The notes beneath the pieces were generated by a model. That model saw only the letters and a list, made by a program, of their open reading frames with translations, did not search any database and was not told where the DNA came from. A stretch of DNA of 64,000 nt from Gnetum montanum (lineage: Eukaryota > Plantae > Gnetophyta). The stretch is taken from positions 672,252-736,251 of the forward strand of contig MNCI01001941.1 in assembly GCA_015680685.1 (NCBI GenBank). The letters are read 5' to 3'. The position numbers and the translations under genes are program-made. How positions within the stretch are numbered: the first letter of the stretch is position 1; each line of letters begins with the position of its first letter. Below, in pieces: positions 12,501 through 26,989 of the stretch.

Positions 12501-14249
12501 TTTTAACATTAAAATACCATTACGTTATTCATTTGTGGCTTTTCTATTGTATTATTACCTATTTTGACAACATAGTAATAAAAATAAAAATTTAATATCA
12601 TTTATTACATCATTTTGGCCTCATTTTGAACTTGTTTGACATTCATATAATGCAGATGCCACTTAATGTACTTATGTTGACATGCAGGACTAAGTTATGG
12701 AGATGTGGGACTCATTCGACTTGCCTTTAAGCCTAAGTGAATCCTTTTGGTGATGTCAATTATTCAATTGATCTTGAATACTTAAACCTTAAGCCTAGAA
12801 GCCTTTTAACCATGTAGCCTTAATATCTTAGAATTGCCTAACCGCTCATGACCTAGAAGCCAGAAAAATCATAGAATAATTCCTATTAACACTTTCCATT
12901 TCAATCAAAAATGGTGAGGAGAAAACATTGAAGCTACATTCCTCCCTAGAATCTTAGTTTGCTCATGGACATTAGCAAATCCCTACAAGGCAACATAAAA
13001 TCCTTTACATGGTCTTAATTACATCTAACATTAACATGATTTTCTTTTAGTATTACTAGCCTTTGTTTGCAGACTTGAACAAATAAAAAGCATTGATAGA
13101 TAGAGTTCTTAAGTTTTCCTTCCTCTTAAAATAGTGCAAATTTTGTATAAATCTACATAGAGTTCTCAGGGTTTGCTAATTATGTCTCAAAGTGGAAAAT
13201 GTTTGCTTGTTATCTCATGTAACCTCTTGTAATCTCTAGTTTCATTGACTTGTTTTCTTATTCTCTTTGAGTTATATTTGTAGGATGATCCTAGATTCAT
13301 TGCAGAGGTATGACTCATCACAACAATCAATCACCACATGATCTGAATACATGAGATTTCACTAGCTTATTTAACCATGCCAACAGTGCTTGCCTCATAT
13401 CACTTCCATTAACTCTTCTATTCCATAATCATATAACCAAACTTTAACCTTTTATAACTTTCTAACGATAAAAACCTATGTTTAACATTCATGCATCATG
13501 GCCATGTGACATCTTCTTCTACATGCTTTATCAATCATTTTACCATATCTCCAAACATTTCATCTAGTAAGAAAATAAAATAGAATTTGACCTTAGCAAT
13601 TAAACCCAAATAAGATTTCACTTTTAAACAAGAAGAGATGTTAAGAAAGCCAAGAGGCCAAAAATAAATCAATGCCTCTATAAAAAGAGCCAAGTGGTCA
13701 AAGTAGCCAACACTAAAGAATTGATTTCTCAAAATTCAAGTCCATGTAACCAGTATCATAAGTATGAAGCATGAAGACATCATCAACCAGTAAACATGTC
13801 ACTATGTGATAACCATGATGTCAAAGCATTTGGAATTCTTTATTAGCTTATTGATCATTTTAATGTAGCCAATTTAGCCAAAACATCTCACTCCAAATTA
13901 CCATTGTTCCATTTTAATCTTAATTCACCATCATGAGTACTCCTGTCATGATTTGATAGCTATAGAATCAAGTGTTAAGAGAGAAGCATTGGTGATGAAC
14001 CTACCATGGTGTTTTGCATTTTTTATTGATGTTTCTTAAGTCAATCCTTAAAACATCAACAAAGAAGGGCCAATCAAACAACTCAAAGAAAATTTCAATT
14101 ATTAACAAGGAAACCTCATGATGAAATTTTGTCATCGAACTTGAGTGCAAAATAAATAAATAAAAATGCCTCAATTTTTCTTTAAAATTCACCTAGTAAC
14201 CTTGTTTTATCAAAACCTTGGAGCATTCTCACTTTGTAAGGTATAATTC

Positions 14250-16849
14250 ATGGCATAGAATGTAAAATATGCTATGAATTATACCAAAACAATATAATTG
14301 AACCTATAATTGTCAAATAAGCTATCCAAATGCTATGATTAAATTCGCTATAGTCAAAAACGTTGTAGGAAAAAATGTTGTAGTTTTGTCTAGTATAAAG
14401 TATAAAAAATGATATGTAAATGCCTAGGAAACTTGCCTAAACCATGTTAACATAGAAATAGCAAATTGGTGACCTATTTAAGCAATAATTAAAGCCATTT
14501 TCAAGAACTTTTTGGATCATTTGAGACTCATCCAAACTTGAGACTTTTGAAGCAAAGCAAGATCTAAGAGCTTGTAGCCCTTTCCCTAGTGCAGATCATC
14601 GAAAACATTGAAAGCTTATTTCCATTAATGTTCAAGAGTAGATCAGTCAAGCTAGATGCATGTGGGTTAGCTATAGAACACATCCTACCTATCCTCACAG
14701 TAGATCTTTAACAACCATTTCAAAGAAATCTATGAATCCTTATATTTTGTAAAGGCTTTTTGATCTACACTTGTATTTCAAAAATATTTTTTATAAAATA
14801 TTAATACAAAGTTTGCAGTTATTTTGCTCAAATATTTTTTCTATCTCGATCTTGATCTTTGCATAGATCCAATGTTGGGTTCATTCTTCATTTGTTTTCT
14901 TGCTCATTCATTTCCTTGTTGTTTTGGTAACAGACTCTCAAGTCATTAGGTGATCGAAAAAATCACCTAAGATACCTTAGGTCCTTTTGAGGTCCATAAA
15001 TTTTGGGCTAAAACTTTTTCATGTAGATCTATTTGATCTCCAACCCAAAATTTTCTATTTTGACAGATTATATCAAGTGCTATCATAATAGGTTTGATTT
15101 TATAGATAAGCTAGCATCTATGTCTAAGTTCAAATTGAATTATAAGGTCTAAGGTTCAAATATAACTAACCAAGCTATTATCTTGATTCTCTTTAAAATA
15201 GAACATAACAAAAGGAAATAAATTTTAAAACATAAAAGATATATTTATATACAAAAATAGTTTTTATTACCAAATATAAATCATACCATAAACTAATGAA
15301 GTATTGCATGTATCAATTTCCCATCAAGTGTCTAATAATGCTAATTTAAAACTTCCAAAAAAAAGTTAGTGAGTATATAAGGAAGGATCATTGCCTAGAG
15401 TTTCCATGTGCATCCTAGTAATTGAGATCTAGGGAGGATTGATGGATGAGTGAAAGCTTAATTTATTTGAGTAGCTTATCCCAAGCTAGAAATAAGGTCT
15501 TTAACTTAAGAAAGAAGCATCTTACTATCACTCCAAATGATGGTCCCTAGGTTAGTGCACATATGCTAAACTAAAAATAAAAATACAAAGAAAAAACTAA
15601 AATTAAAATAAAAGGTAAAAATTTATATTAAAAAATATCAAGAACATCTAAAAGATAATAACAAAGCACATATCTTAACCACTACAAGCAAAGTTAATGA
15701 TAGAGAAAGGTTTATAAAACATGAGACATTGGCTTTACATAAGGTATTAGGGGTTCAAATCACAAACATACTAATGAGTAAGGGGTATCTAAGGTAAGGG
15801 TCATACATTTAAAGTGTTGAAAAGATAGATATCTAACATTTAAAATAATAACTTTTAGGATTTCATAAACTAGGATGATTTTGTAGAAATTGCTAGTGAT
15901 GTGAACATGTAGTTCTTATAATGAGATTCATTTAGAAAATTATATTGATATTTTTTGATGCTTCTTAGATAGTCCTGTCATGCTAAAGTTATTTTAGAGA
16001 ATTTTTTGAACCCAATGGTTTTTAACTTTCTTAGAAAGACCTTAGATGAGAGTGAGAAGCTAAAAATATTAGGTTAGTAGTAGTCATACTTTAACCCAAA
16101 ATTTGATAATTTGACATCCATGAGTAGTTTTTAACCCAAAATTTGTACATATGTCATTCATGAGAGTTAGTCTAGATGGGTGAGATTTCACATAAAATAG
16201 TCTTTTATGGCTAGTAAATGTTAGTATGAACCTAATAGTTATGCTAATGTTTGATGTAGTAACTTATGTAATATCACTACTAACAAAAATAATGGGTTAA
16301 ATATAATTAATGAATTAATGGTAATGTTAATAATGTTCATAAATAATTAATTTAACTATAATTCCTATTGGTTCTAATAGTATGCTTTGGAGCATGAACC
16401 TCATCGTCCATTCTTAATCTAAGAATCTTCAAGATGGTTTCCTTTATTTTAAAGTTATGCTAATCCTGCTTGCATGTATTTCATGTAGATCTTGTAGGAA
16501 GCCAAGAAGTTGAAGGAGGAGTTGGAAGAAGAAATAATATTACATAAGAATGTTACCTCTTAATATATGTCATTTATATTTTTTGCCATGTTATGAAATT
16601 GTTATTTGACCTTGATTTTGGATTATATATGTTATGTTGTAACAATGTCTAACTTTATAAAAGTTAGTTAATGTAAATCTCTCAAGTGGATTTAACAATT
16701 AAGTTCTACCTTAATATATTCAAATATTGATGATTTAAAAGGTCCTTAATTTTCTTGTAAATTTATTAACTATTTAATTTTATTCATAATGTGCTCCTTG
16801 AATACTTAAGTTCAATTTATTTTTCTAAATAAAATTTAGGGATGTGACA
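14250..16849 (+). mobile_element. Highly decayed LTR-retrotransposon remnant(s)
   Basis: TATCA followed by AGTGCTATCATAATA (~15071-15090) resembles an LTR end plus tRNA-iMet PBS; AAAATTTAGGGATGTGACA (16831-16849) resembles an LTR 3' terminus. No coding domains recognised. Confidence 0.3.
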
Positions 16850-17715
16850 ACATGTCTTTATAGAGTATGAGCTAAAAGTAGCTAGCCATAAAAAATTTTA
16901 TGGATATTTATCATATAATGTAATTGCCAACACATGATCCTTCATGCACATCTTAGAGAAGCTCTAGTTAGCTTGTCTTTGGTAAACACTAGCAAATAAG
17001 GTCATATGTACACATTTTATCAAGGTTTGTTCTATATCAATGTAATGATTCAATAGGTGTAGAAATTATTCAGTCATTCACTTATATTACTTAGAAGGAT
17101 CCTTCTAATCTTATAGATAAGTGATATAATAAGAAAATCATGAATTGTTTATTGATTAAAAGACTATCATAAACTTACTGAATAAAGTTTTCTTAGGAAA
17201 TTAATTAAAAAAGAGTTCTTCATTAGCTTTGTCATCCCATATTTATTGAGATAAATTATCTACAACAAAATTCTATATTACCTTTTTACAAATTATTGTA
17301 AAATTGAATTTTTGTAAGATTTATAGCCATTTAATGATTTGGGAACTTACCATTGTCTTATTCATGAGGAATCTTATGAAAATATAATCAACATGCATAA
17401 ATATTTAATAGTTAAGAACATAGCACCTAAACTTTTCATGATCATACACCACCACCATTAAATACTTTTATATTATGCCATGGTTAAGTTCTACACAAAT
17501 GATAATTTTACATACATAGTAGATATAATATGAAAATTTTTAATCATCCAAATATGTAAACATGTCCCTTAACATTTAGTTGGATGTATTAATAAAGAGG
17601 TAAAAAGGCTTACACTAGCCATGTGTGTGTAGAATGGGAGTTTCTACAAGCCTATACTTTAGGAGCTCAAAATTCTCTTCACAATCATTTATCCAAATGA
17701 ACAATGCATCCTTAT
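16850..17715 (-). mobile_element. Element A (oldest Athila-like): RNase H and start of integrase
   Basis: Minus strand NKDALFIWINDCEENFELLKYRLVETPIL, IYYV, EKFRCYVL, IIKWL*ILQKFNF, NFVVDNLS; continues from the RT at 34112 upward. Confidence 0.8.
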
Positions 17716-17769
17716 TGATGAATCATGTTTTGACATGCTCCAATTATTGTAAATATTGGAGCATGTCAA

Positions 17770-20456
17770 AGACATTGTGACCATTGTGACCACTATCTAT
17801 GGATGGTTTTATCCTACTAATTTCCTAGTGATCAATGTGGAGAACCACAAAGGGGACTTCCCCATCATAATGGGAAGGGCATGGATAAGCACCATTGATG
17901 TAAAAATGGACATAAGATATCTTTCCCTAAAAATATCTAAAGAAAATTCATTTAGGAAGATCAAGAAGAAGTAAGTTCCATGCATTGTGTGTAATGATAC
18001 AAGGTGCAATTGTGTGCAGAAACTTTGAATAGTGAAATGAGCATCCATCTCTTCATGCCAGTAGTATGCATAAGAAGTTGATATTCAAAGGTGTTTGTAT
18101 GTAGTAGCCATAAACAAGAGAGCACCTAGTGGTTGAGTGTTGATCTTGAAAGTAGCACACTTTGCATAGAACCAATTGAGAGCTTGACATGCACATATGT
18201 CACAGGCATAAATGAACCAAAGTAGGTTTATCACCAACTCTTTGATAATGCAGATGATGATAACTACTAAGGAGAGTTGAGAATTCTTGAAATTTCAAGC
18301 AAGGGCCCATTAAACTAAAAACTCTAGTAGTAAGCATGGAATATGTGTTCTTAAAAAATGGAAAGTTGTTCATAATCAATGCAAATCTTGCTTCAAAACA
18401 AAAATAGATGTTGTTAAAAGTGGTTGAAAAATGATTAGCAGCCTTTTCTTGGTCATATCCAGAACTCACACAAATTAATCCTAGGATATGCTAGCATTAC
18501 ATCTATACTAACTCAATTGTAAAGCCAAAGAGGCAGCCACAGAGGTAGTTGAACCCCAAATTAAAGTAGATCATTAAGGAGGAAATCAAACAACTCCTCA
18601 AGGTGGGGTTCATTTTTCCCATTGTGGATAGTGAGTGGGTTACTCCACTCATGATTATGTCAAAAAAAGGTGGCAAGTGGTAGGTATACATTGATTTTCA
18701 ACTACTAAACATGAAAACATTCAAAGACCATTTTCCATTGTCATTTATTGATCAGATGTTAGCCATAATATCTGGGAATTGCTATTAAAGGTTTTTGGAT
18801 GGTTATAATGGCCATAATCAAATCAGGATCTTGCTAGAGGACCAAGTAAAAATAACATTTACAAGTCCTTGGGGGCCTTTTTCATATCATAAGATGCCTT
18901 TTAATCTATGCAATGATTCTACTACATTCCAATGCTTGGTCTTGAGCACTTTTTAACAATAGATCGGTATTGGTATGAAAATATTCATGGATGATTTCTC
19001 TACTTATGAAGCTACATTTGAACAAGCTTTGGACTACCTTGAGTAAGTGCTAAAATGATATGTTGAAATAAACTTGTGGCTCAATTGGTAGAAGAGCCAT
19101 CTGATGGTCCAGGAGAGCATTGTGTTGGGGCACAAAATATCATAAGCAAGAATTAAAGTTGATCTCAAAAAAATAAGGGTCATTCAAGGAATAACCTGTC
19201 AACCAAAAACTATCAAAGATGTTCAGTCATTCCTTGGGCATACTAGCTACTACCAATGATTTATAGAGAATTTATTTAAGATTGCAAAATTGTTGGTTGA
19301 GCTAACAAAGAAGGATGATTAATTTGTCTAGACCATAGAATGTGAAAAAGCATTCCAGCAACTAAAAGAGAAACTTGTAGAGATTCCAATTCTACAAGCA
19401 CTTGACTAGTCCAGACCATTTCATGTCATGATGGATGCATCAAATTATACCTTGGAAGTTGTGTTTATATAGATGGATGATAGGAAATTTCCATATTACA
19501 TCCACTATGCAAGTTGAAGCATTGTAGATGCAAAATTGAACTACACCACCATAGAAAAAAAATTGATGGTAGTAGTGTTTTCTCTAGAGAAGTTCAAGCA
19601 TTATGTGCTTGGATACAAATTATTTGTGCACATGGATCATAGTGCCATTTTCTTCTTGATGAAAAAGCCAACAGTGAGCCCATGTGTCATATAGTGGCTG
19701 GTGATCTTATAGGAATTTGTTCTTACAATGGTAGATTGAATGGACACCGAGAATGTCGTTGCTAATCACTTATGTTGGTTGAGATGGAACAACAAAGAGG
19801 AGAAAAGCCCACTATCTAATCTATTTCTTAATGAACTTCTCTTTGTCAAGGTTGTAATTGAACAATTGCCCAATGAGCCTAAATGGTATGATGGTATTCT
19901 CACCTATCTACTCATCCAAGAGATGCCACAAAGGTTGGACCACTAGAAGAAACAATAGTTTATTTACTAGGTAAAATGCTTCATGAAGATCAATAGACAC
20001 CTTTATAAGGTGTGTGTCAATGGCCTAGTTCATTGGTATGTCCTTGATGATGATCAACTTGATGTTCTCTAGGATGCTTATGAAGGTCCTTGTGGAGGCC
20101 ACTATGCTGGGAGACACATGGCCATTAAAATCCTAATGATAGGGTATTATTGGCCAGCAATCTTCAGGGATTCTCATCAACATGTCTACTCTTGTGAACA
20201 CTACCAGCAAGATGGTGGAATGATTGTTAGAATGGAGAGATCCCAATAGTGGATCCAACTATTGAAACCATTCAACATCTAGGGCATTGATTTCATGGGT
20301 CCTATCATGTCCATGTCAAATGGAAAGGCATACATCATAGTCACTATTGAATATTGTACAAAATGGGTAGAAGTAGTAGTCATCACCAACTATACATCTT
20401 TTATTGCTCTTTGGTTTGTACAACAAAATGTTATAAATAGGTTTGGTGTGCCACAT
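17770..20456 (+). pseudogene. Element B pol (protease, RT, RNase H, integrase N-part)
   Basis: PIIMGRAW; SEWVTPL, KDHFPLSFIDQML, FLDGYNGHNQI, IFMDDFS; MDASNY, NYTTIEK; GPCGGHY, GIDFMGP, EYCTKWVE. Many stops. Confidence 0.92.
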
Positions 20457-21319
20457 TGATGAGCAGTGAGGTACCCCCATGCCCAACCATACAAATCATA
20501 AGCATTCACATGCGATTCAGTGAAATTCTGCAAACTTTAATTACCAAGTACACTAGAGCTAAATAGTGTGTGAGTGTTCATTGTCTTCCTAGTCCCACTT
20601 GTGAAATGCAACTATATGATTAAGTGTGACTAAGGCGTAAGATTTTTATTATTTTGTGTTTTATCAATTTACTTTCCTAGAACAAGAATGAAAGTGAGAG
20701 TAATTAAGTGCTAAGTAAGCTATGGTCTAATCTAGCCTAACACAAGTAACCATTTCTAGTTCCTAGACACATCCTAAACTTTGTGTGAACACTACTGGGT
20801 TGTCAAATGCTAACCATTTCTGAGCTGCCAAGTGTCACATGTATGTTTAAAAGGGTTGTGCTTGTGTATTTTAATGAGTTTCTTAATTGATTAAAATTAA
20901 TTGATGCATGAATAATGTTAATGTAAAGTACATGAAATCACAATATATAAATGCATAAGAAAGAAAAGTCTTAAGTGCTGCAAGGATGAATCAAAGAGCT
21001 CATCTTTATTGCCAACACAATGGTGTGTTTAGGTACATTAATGCTTGAATAAAGATCTGATCACACTTAGACCTCCTACTACGGGCACTTGGAAAATATT
21101 CTAACTCTTAAATGAACAAACTACAAGAGTTTTTCTACTTAACTACCAAAAACTACTCTCAATTGTGTGTCTAGCAGCTGTATTTATAGACTTAGAAGTA
21201 ACCCTACGATATCGAATGCACGATATTACATCTTGGATCATGATATCGTGTACCTAATATCGTGTACCCAATATCATGGCCACTCCGATATTGGAGCATA
21301 TGAAAAACATGATTCATAA
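20457..21319 (-). repeat. Element C 3' LTR
   Basis: Direct repeat of 29655-30524; minus-strand TATAAATA at ~21181-21188. Confidence 0.92.
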
Positions 21320-23399
21320 TATTCCCACAACTGAATGAAAACTCATCCTCAAGTACAAAAGAAGAAGAATAAGTCCCTTACACAATATATTAGGAGGGAT
21401 GGAAAGTTTGACTTGACATGCAAAATGACATCAAGGAAACAAACAAATATAGAAGTGCCAAAGCATACAACATTACAATTGTGTACAAAATTGGGAATTT
21501 ATGATAATAAGAAAGAACACCCTCAGATCCAATGGACATCCAACCCCTCTTGTCAATAGAAGAATGAGGGAGAGGTAGAAGAGATCTAGCGGTCATGAAC
21601 AATCTTCCATGAGTGATATTGTTGCATCCTCCTTGGTGAAGATAGTCCTCCTTCCAGTCCATGCTCTCCACTACAATCACAACAAAATCAAGGATTAGTA
21701 TATAAAGTGTAACATATAGTGGCTAAATACCTTTTCTCATTAGTGATTTTATCTAGCCAAATTGTGATTGTGATAGATTGGTTGCTTGATAATGTTAGTG
21801 GAAAAACTAATGAATGGGTTAAGTAAGAGAAGTGGTCTATAAAATTTAGAAAAAGTTTAACACAAGGAATACTGGAAAGAGGATATAAGAATTTAAAACA
21901 ATAAAAAGAAGGAATTCACTAAAAATAGTTGTGAAGATGCATACAATTGGATGAAATTGATGGGATAAATAGAAAGAATTCGATTGTAACAATGTCTAAG
22001 GGTAAAGAACTTAACTTAATGAAATCAAAAGATATGCAAGTGGGTCCTCCACAAAGTAGGAATAGGNTCAAAAGATATGCAAGTGGGTCCTCCACAAAGT
22101 AGGAATAGGCCTTTTAAGCCCATGCATAGCTTTAAACCAAGGATTTCGTGGCCACCATGGATGATAAATGGTTACAGAAAGTTAAGTATGAAAACCTAGA
22201 AGTAACTGACTGAGAAACCTAACACATCAAGCTAGAACATTGAATCAAAATACGAAACTAGTAGTGAGGTGAGGCATGAAAAGCATAGATGGATAAGAGA
22301 GAGAATGCAATGGAATTCCTAAATATGGTCACATGAAATCCCTTGTAGATTTTGTGATTAAATGACTTAGTAGAATCCATCCTCAGTCCAGAGAAAAACC
22401 AACCACTTTCAATGACTTCGCATTGACATTCTAAGACTAGTCCATCCCTTGAGATACAAGAATGCTCCCACAAAATAACCACCATTCAAAATTGGAGAGA
22501 AAGTAGGAAGTTCGAAAGTGCCTTAGTTAGAGGAGACAAGACAAGTCCCATAACTAGTGTTTGTAGCCCTTTTATCTGGTCTAAGGGATGTGCTTTGAAT
22601 TTTTTTTGAGTGGGAACCACACCATGCAAAGACCCATGCATTTTTGCATTTATTTTGTCCAAGGGGTGTGCTTTGAATTCTCATTTTTTTTCATGAGGAT
22701 CACACCATGCAAGGACTTATTTGACTTCCTATTGTGGAATTAACCAAAATGGTGAGAAGATCTTGAGAACACTCCTGCACATAGGAAAATAGAAAAGCAC
22801 AAAGAATCTCACATCCCTTTAAAGCCACACCCTATTCAAACCTTTGATTCTTTCCCAATTTTGGAAACTACACAAGTTACCAATTTATTAAGGTTGCATT
22901 AATGAAAAAGGGACTGCATGTTTCTAAAATGAGGAAAATCATAGAGTATGTGGATGGGTGGATGACGTGGACTCATTTCCTATTACATGAAAAGAAACCA
23001 TGTCCCAGTTGTTAGTAACAACATTCAAAGTCAAAACTAGACATCAACAATCAAATTACAAATGACACCTTATTAGTAGAAAGAGTAGAGAAACACACCA
23101 AACACAAGAAAATATAAAAGAAAGTAAAATATTATGTAATAAATATCATATATATGAACAATGGTGTTAAAAAAAACTTAGAAAAGATTAATAACTTGAA
23201 AAAAAAGAGATGTAAAACAAAGAATATGAAAATAAAAAGTTGTAAAACCAAAAATGTGTAAAACAAAAAAAGCCAAAAGACTGAGGAGCCTTGTAAAGTG
23301 TTGGTGTGGGTGGCCATCTTTCCCAAAACTAAGTTATAAGGGGGAGATCTGAAAGATTGAGCATGGTTGTTCATCTAGCAAGGTATTTATTGAGTTGGT

Positions 23400-26300
23400 T
23401 GGCTTGGGCTCATAGAAAGGCTTCAATTGTTGGGTGTTGACTAATTATTTCTTATTTGGGCTATCAGATTTATAGATAATAATGGTCCCAAATGGAAAAT
23501 TATCATCAATATTGTAAGGTCCTTCCCACAACATTTGAAATTTGGTTCGTTGGGGTATATGTGCAAGATTCTAGTAGAGGACCTTGTCTCCTAGTTGAAA
23601 CTTAACTTTTCTTATTTTGAGGTCATGAAATTTCTTGTTGAATGCCTTATTCATTTTGTTGGATGATAGGGCCATTAACCAATTTTCATCTAGCATGTTA
23701 AAGTTCATTAATCATTCCTTCTATGTGAGACTTAGATTTAGGTCAAGGTCACAGGTTGTAGAGAGTGTATGAAGCTTGGATTAGAAGGGCAGTGTTAGTA
23801 GTTTTCTGTACACAAGTTCATAGGGAGAATAACCTATGGGAAGCTTCCATGTGGAGTGATAGGTCCAAAGGGAATCATTTAATTTGGTGCTCTAGTCCCT
23901 TCGGTATTTGCTAATGGTCTGTGTTAGAATTTTTGTAATCACCCAATTAGTCACCTCAACTTGACCATTGGCTTGGGGGTGATATGGTGTTGTGAGTTTG
24001 TGCTCAACCTCCAAGTGCTACATAAGTTTTCAGAAAGTGGCACCTAGAAAATGAGTTCCATTATTAGAAATTAATGCATGAGGCATATCAAACTTGCTTA
24101 TGATATTTTTTTGTACAAACTAAGTAGCAGTAGTAGATGTATAGTCAGTGAAAACTGCTGCTTCTACCCACTTAGTGCAATAGTCAACTGCAACTATGAT
24201 ATATGCCTTTCCATTTGATAAACATGTGATGGAACCCATAAAGTCAATGTCCCAAATATCGAATGGCTTAAGAGCTTGAATCCATTGTTGTGGCCCCTCC
24301 ATTCGAGCTATCATTCCACCATCCCTCTGAAAATGATCACAAGAATTGATGAATTGATGTGCATCCTTGAGGTTTGTTGGCTAGTAATATCTCACCATGA
24401 GGATTTTTATGGCCATGCATCTCCTAGCATAATGGCCCCCACATGAGCCTTCATGAGCATCTTGGAGAATGCACAGTTGATTCGTGTCAAGGACACACTA
24501 GAGTACTAGGTCATCAGGATAGACTTTGTAAAGGTTCCGATTAATTTCCATGAAATGCTTGACCTGGTGAAGAAAGTATTGTTTCTTTCTGGTGTCCAAT
24601 CCTTGTCACACTTCTTGCTTGAGCAGATAAATGACGATGATGTCATACCATTTTGGTTCATTAGGCATTTGTGCATTAATAGCCCTTGTAAGAAGAGATT
24701 TGTTAGGAAACTGATCAGATATGGGGCTCTCTTTCTCCTTGTCATCCCATCTTAGCTATGATAAGTGATTAGCAACTACATTTTTCACACTTTTTCGATC
24801 TACCATTGTGATATCAAACTCTTGCAAAATCATGAGCCACCGTATGACACAGGGCCTCACTATTGGTTTATTCATTAGAAACTAGATGGTGTTATGATCT
24901 ATGTGTGTGAACACTTTATAGCTAGGCACATAGTGCTTGAACTTCTCTAATGCGAAAACCATTGTCATCAATTCCTCTTTCATGGTGATGTAGTTCAGCT
25001 TTGCACTTGAAATACTTCAACTTGTGCGATGAATGTAATACGGACATTTTTGATGAGCCAATTGCATAAGCACTGCCCTCAAAGCATAATTTGATGCATC
25101 TATCATCACATGAAATGGTCTGGACCAATCAAGTGCTTGTAGAATTGGGGTTTCCAAAATATTTTACTTTAGTTGTTGAAATGCTATTTCACATGCAAGG
25201 GTCTAGAAAAATTATGCATCTTTCTTTATTAATTCAACCAATGGCTTGGTGATTTTGGAAAAATTCTCAATGAAGTGTCAACAGTAGCTAGTATGACCAA
25301 GGAATGATCACACTTCTTTAACTATTTCTGGTTGATGGGTTATTCCTTGGATGACCCTTATTTTTTCAAGGTCCACCTTGATTTTTGCTTTTGAGATATG
25401 GTTCCCCTAGACTATGCCTTCCTGGACTATAAGATGGTTCTTTTGCCAATTAAACTGAAGGTTTGTTTCGACACATCTCCTCAACACCTACTCAATATGG
25501 TCCAAGGCTTGCTTGAATGTAGCTTCATAGGAAGAAAAGTCATCCATAAAGACTTCTACCCCACTACTGATTTTTTGTTGGAAAATGCTAAGGACTAATC
25601 ATTGAAATGTGGCTAGGGAATTACATAGATTGAATGACATTTGATGGTAAGCAAAAGTCCCCCAAGGACTTGTGAAAGTTGTCTTTGCCTAGTCCTTTGG
25701 TGGAATCCAAATTTGGTTATAGCCACTATAACCATCTACACAGTTGTAATAGCTATGCCCAGAAATGGTTTTTAGCACTTGGTCGATAAAAGACAATGGA
25801 AAATCATCTTTGAAAGTTGCCATATTGAGTAGCTGGAAGTCGATGCACACTCGCCATTTGTCTTCTTTACTGGGCATGATCACAAGTGGACTAATCCACT
25901 CACTCTCTATGATAGGGTAGATGAATCCCACCTTGAGGAGTTGCTCAATCTCCTCTTTGATAATCTACTTTAATTTGGGATTCAAACATCGTTACAACTA
26001 TCATTTCGGCTTAATGGTGGGGTTGATGTATATTTGGTGTTAGCATATTCTTGGATCTATACTAGTGAGCTTGGAATATAACTATGCAAAGGTTGTTGAC
26101 CATTTTTCCACAAACTTCATCAAAATTTTCTTTTGTTCTATAGCAAGCTTGGCATTAATAATGATTGAACTTCCATTTTTCAAGAACACATACTCCATTT
26201 TGGCTGGTAGTGTCTTTAATTCAAGGGGTTCTTATTTAAAATTATCAAGAATCATCATTTATTCCTTTGAAGAGCTAATGCTGAACTTGCTTGAGTTCAT

Positions 26301-26950
26301 CCATACTTGCAACATATTCATACATTAGGCCCTCAATAGGTTTCATGCACAATGTACTGCTGCTAGAATTAGTTGTCAATGACTAGGTGCCTTCTTTTCT
26401 TGTGGCTGCCGCATATAGACATCTTTGGATTTTAGCTTCTAGTGCACACTGCTTACATGCAGAGATAGATGTTCGCTTTATTGACCATAGCTTTTGCACA
26501 CAATGACACCTTGAATCATTTTACATGATACATGTAATCCTCTTCTTCTCAATCTTTCCAAATTCATTTTCTTTAGATATCTCCAAGGAAAGATCTCTAA
26601 TGACCATTTTGGCATCAACGGTGCTTAACCATGCCCTTTCCATAATAATTAGGAAGCCCCCTTGCAGTTATCCACCTTGATTACTAGGAAGTTGACAAGA
26701 TATGACCACCCACAAATGGTGGTTATGATGTCTTCTACCAGTCCCAATGGAACAGTGATGGACTAGTCTACTAGTTCTAGTCGGATGCTACTCTTCTTCA
26801 AGGGAGGAAGGTTCCACATCATTTGCATCCCATGCAAGATTAGATTAACACTAGAACTAGAGTTGAGAAAGGCTTTACAAGGCTCATTCCCAGCAATTTT
26901 CAAATATACTAGGGGACTTCTAGGATCAGCTAAGTTCCTAGGTAGGTTAC
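23400..26950 (-). pseudogene. Element C pol
   Basis: AFLNSSSSVNLI (protease); ESEWISPLVIMP, WRVCIDF, DGYSGYNQI, VFMDDF (RT); RNase H at ~24770-25200; FDIWDIDFMG, VDYCTKWVEA, PYHPQANGQVE (integrase). Confidence 0.92.
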
Positions 26951-26989
26951 TAGCTCGAATCCAATCAGATACAACATGGGTCAACATTA

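Noticed and set aside
12500-14250. Possible coding remnants
   Set aside because: No motif I could recognise on either strand; left unassigned.
22025-22109. Perfect 42-bp tandem duplication
   Set aside because: The copies flank a single N (22067), and the homologous site in element B (~32520-32563) is single-copy; most likely a contig-overlap artefact.
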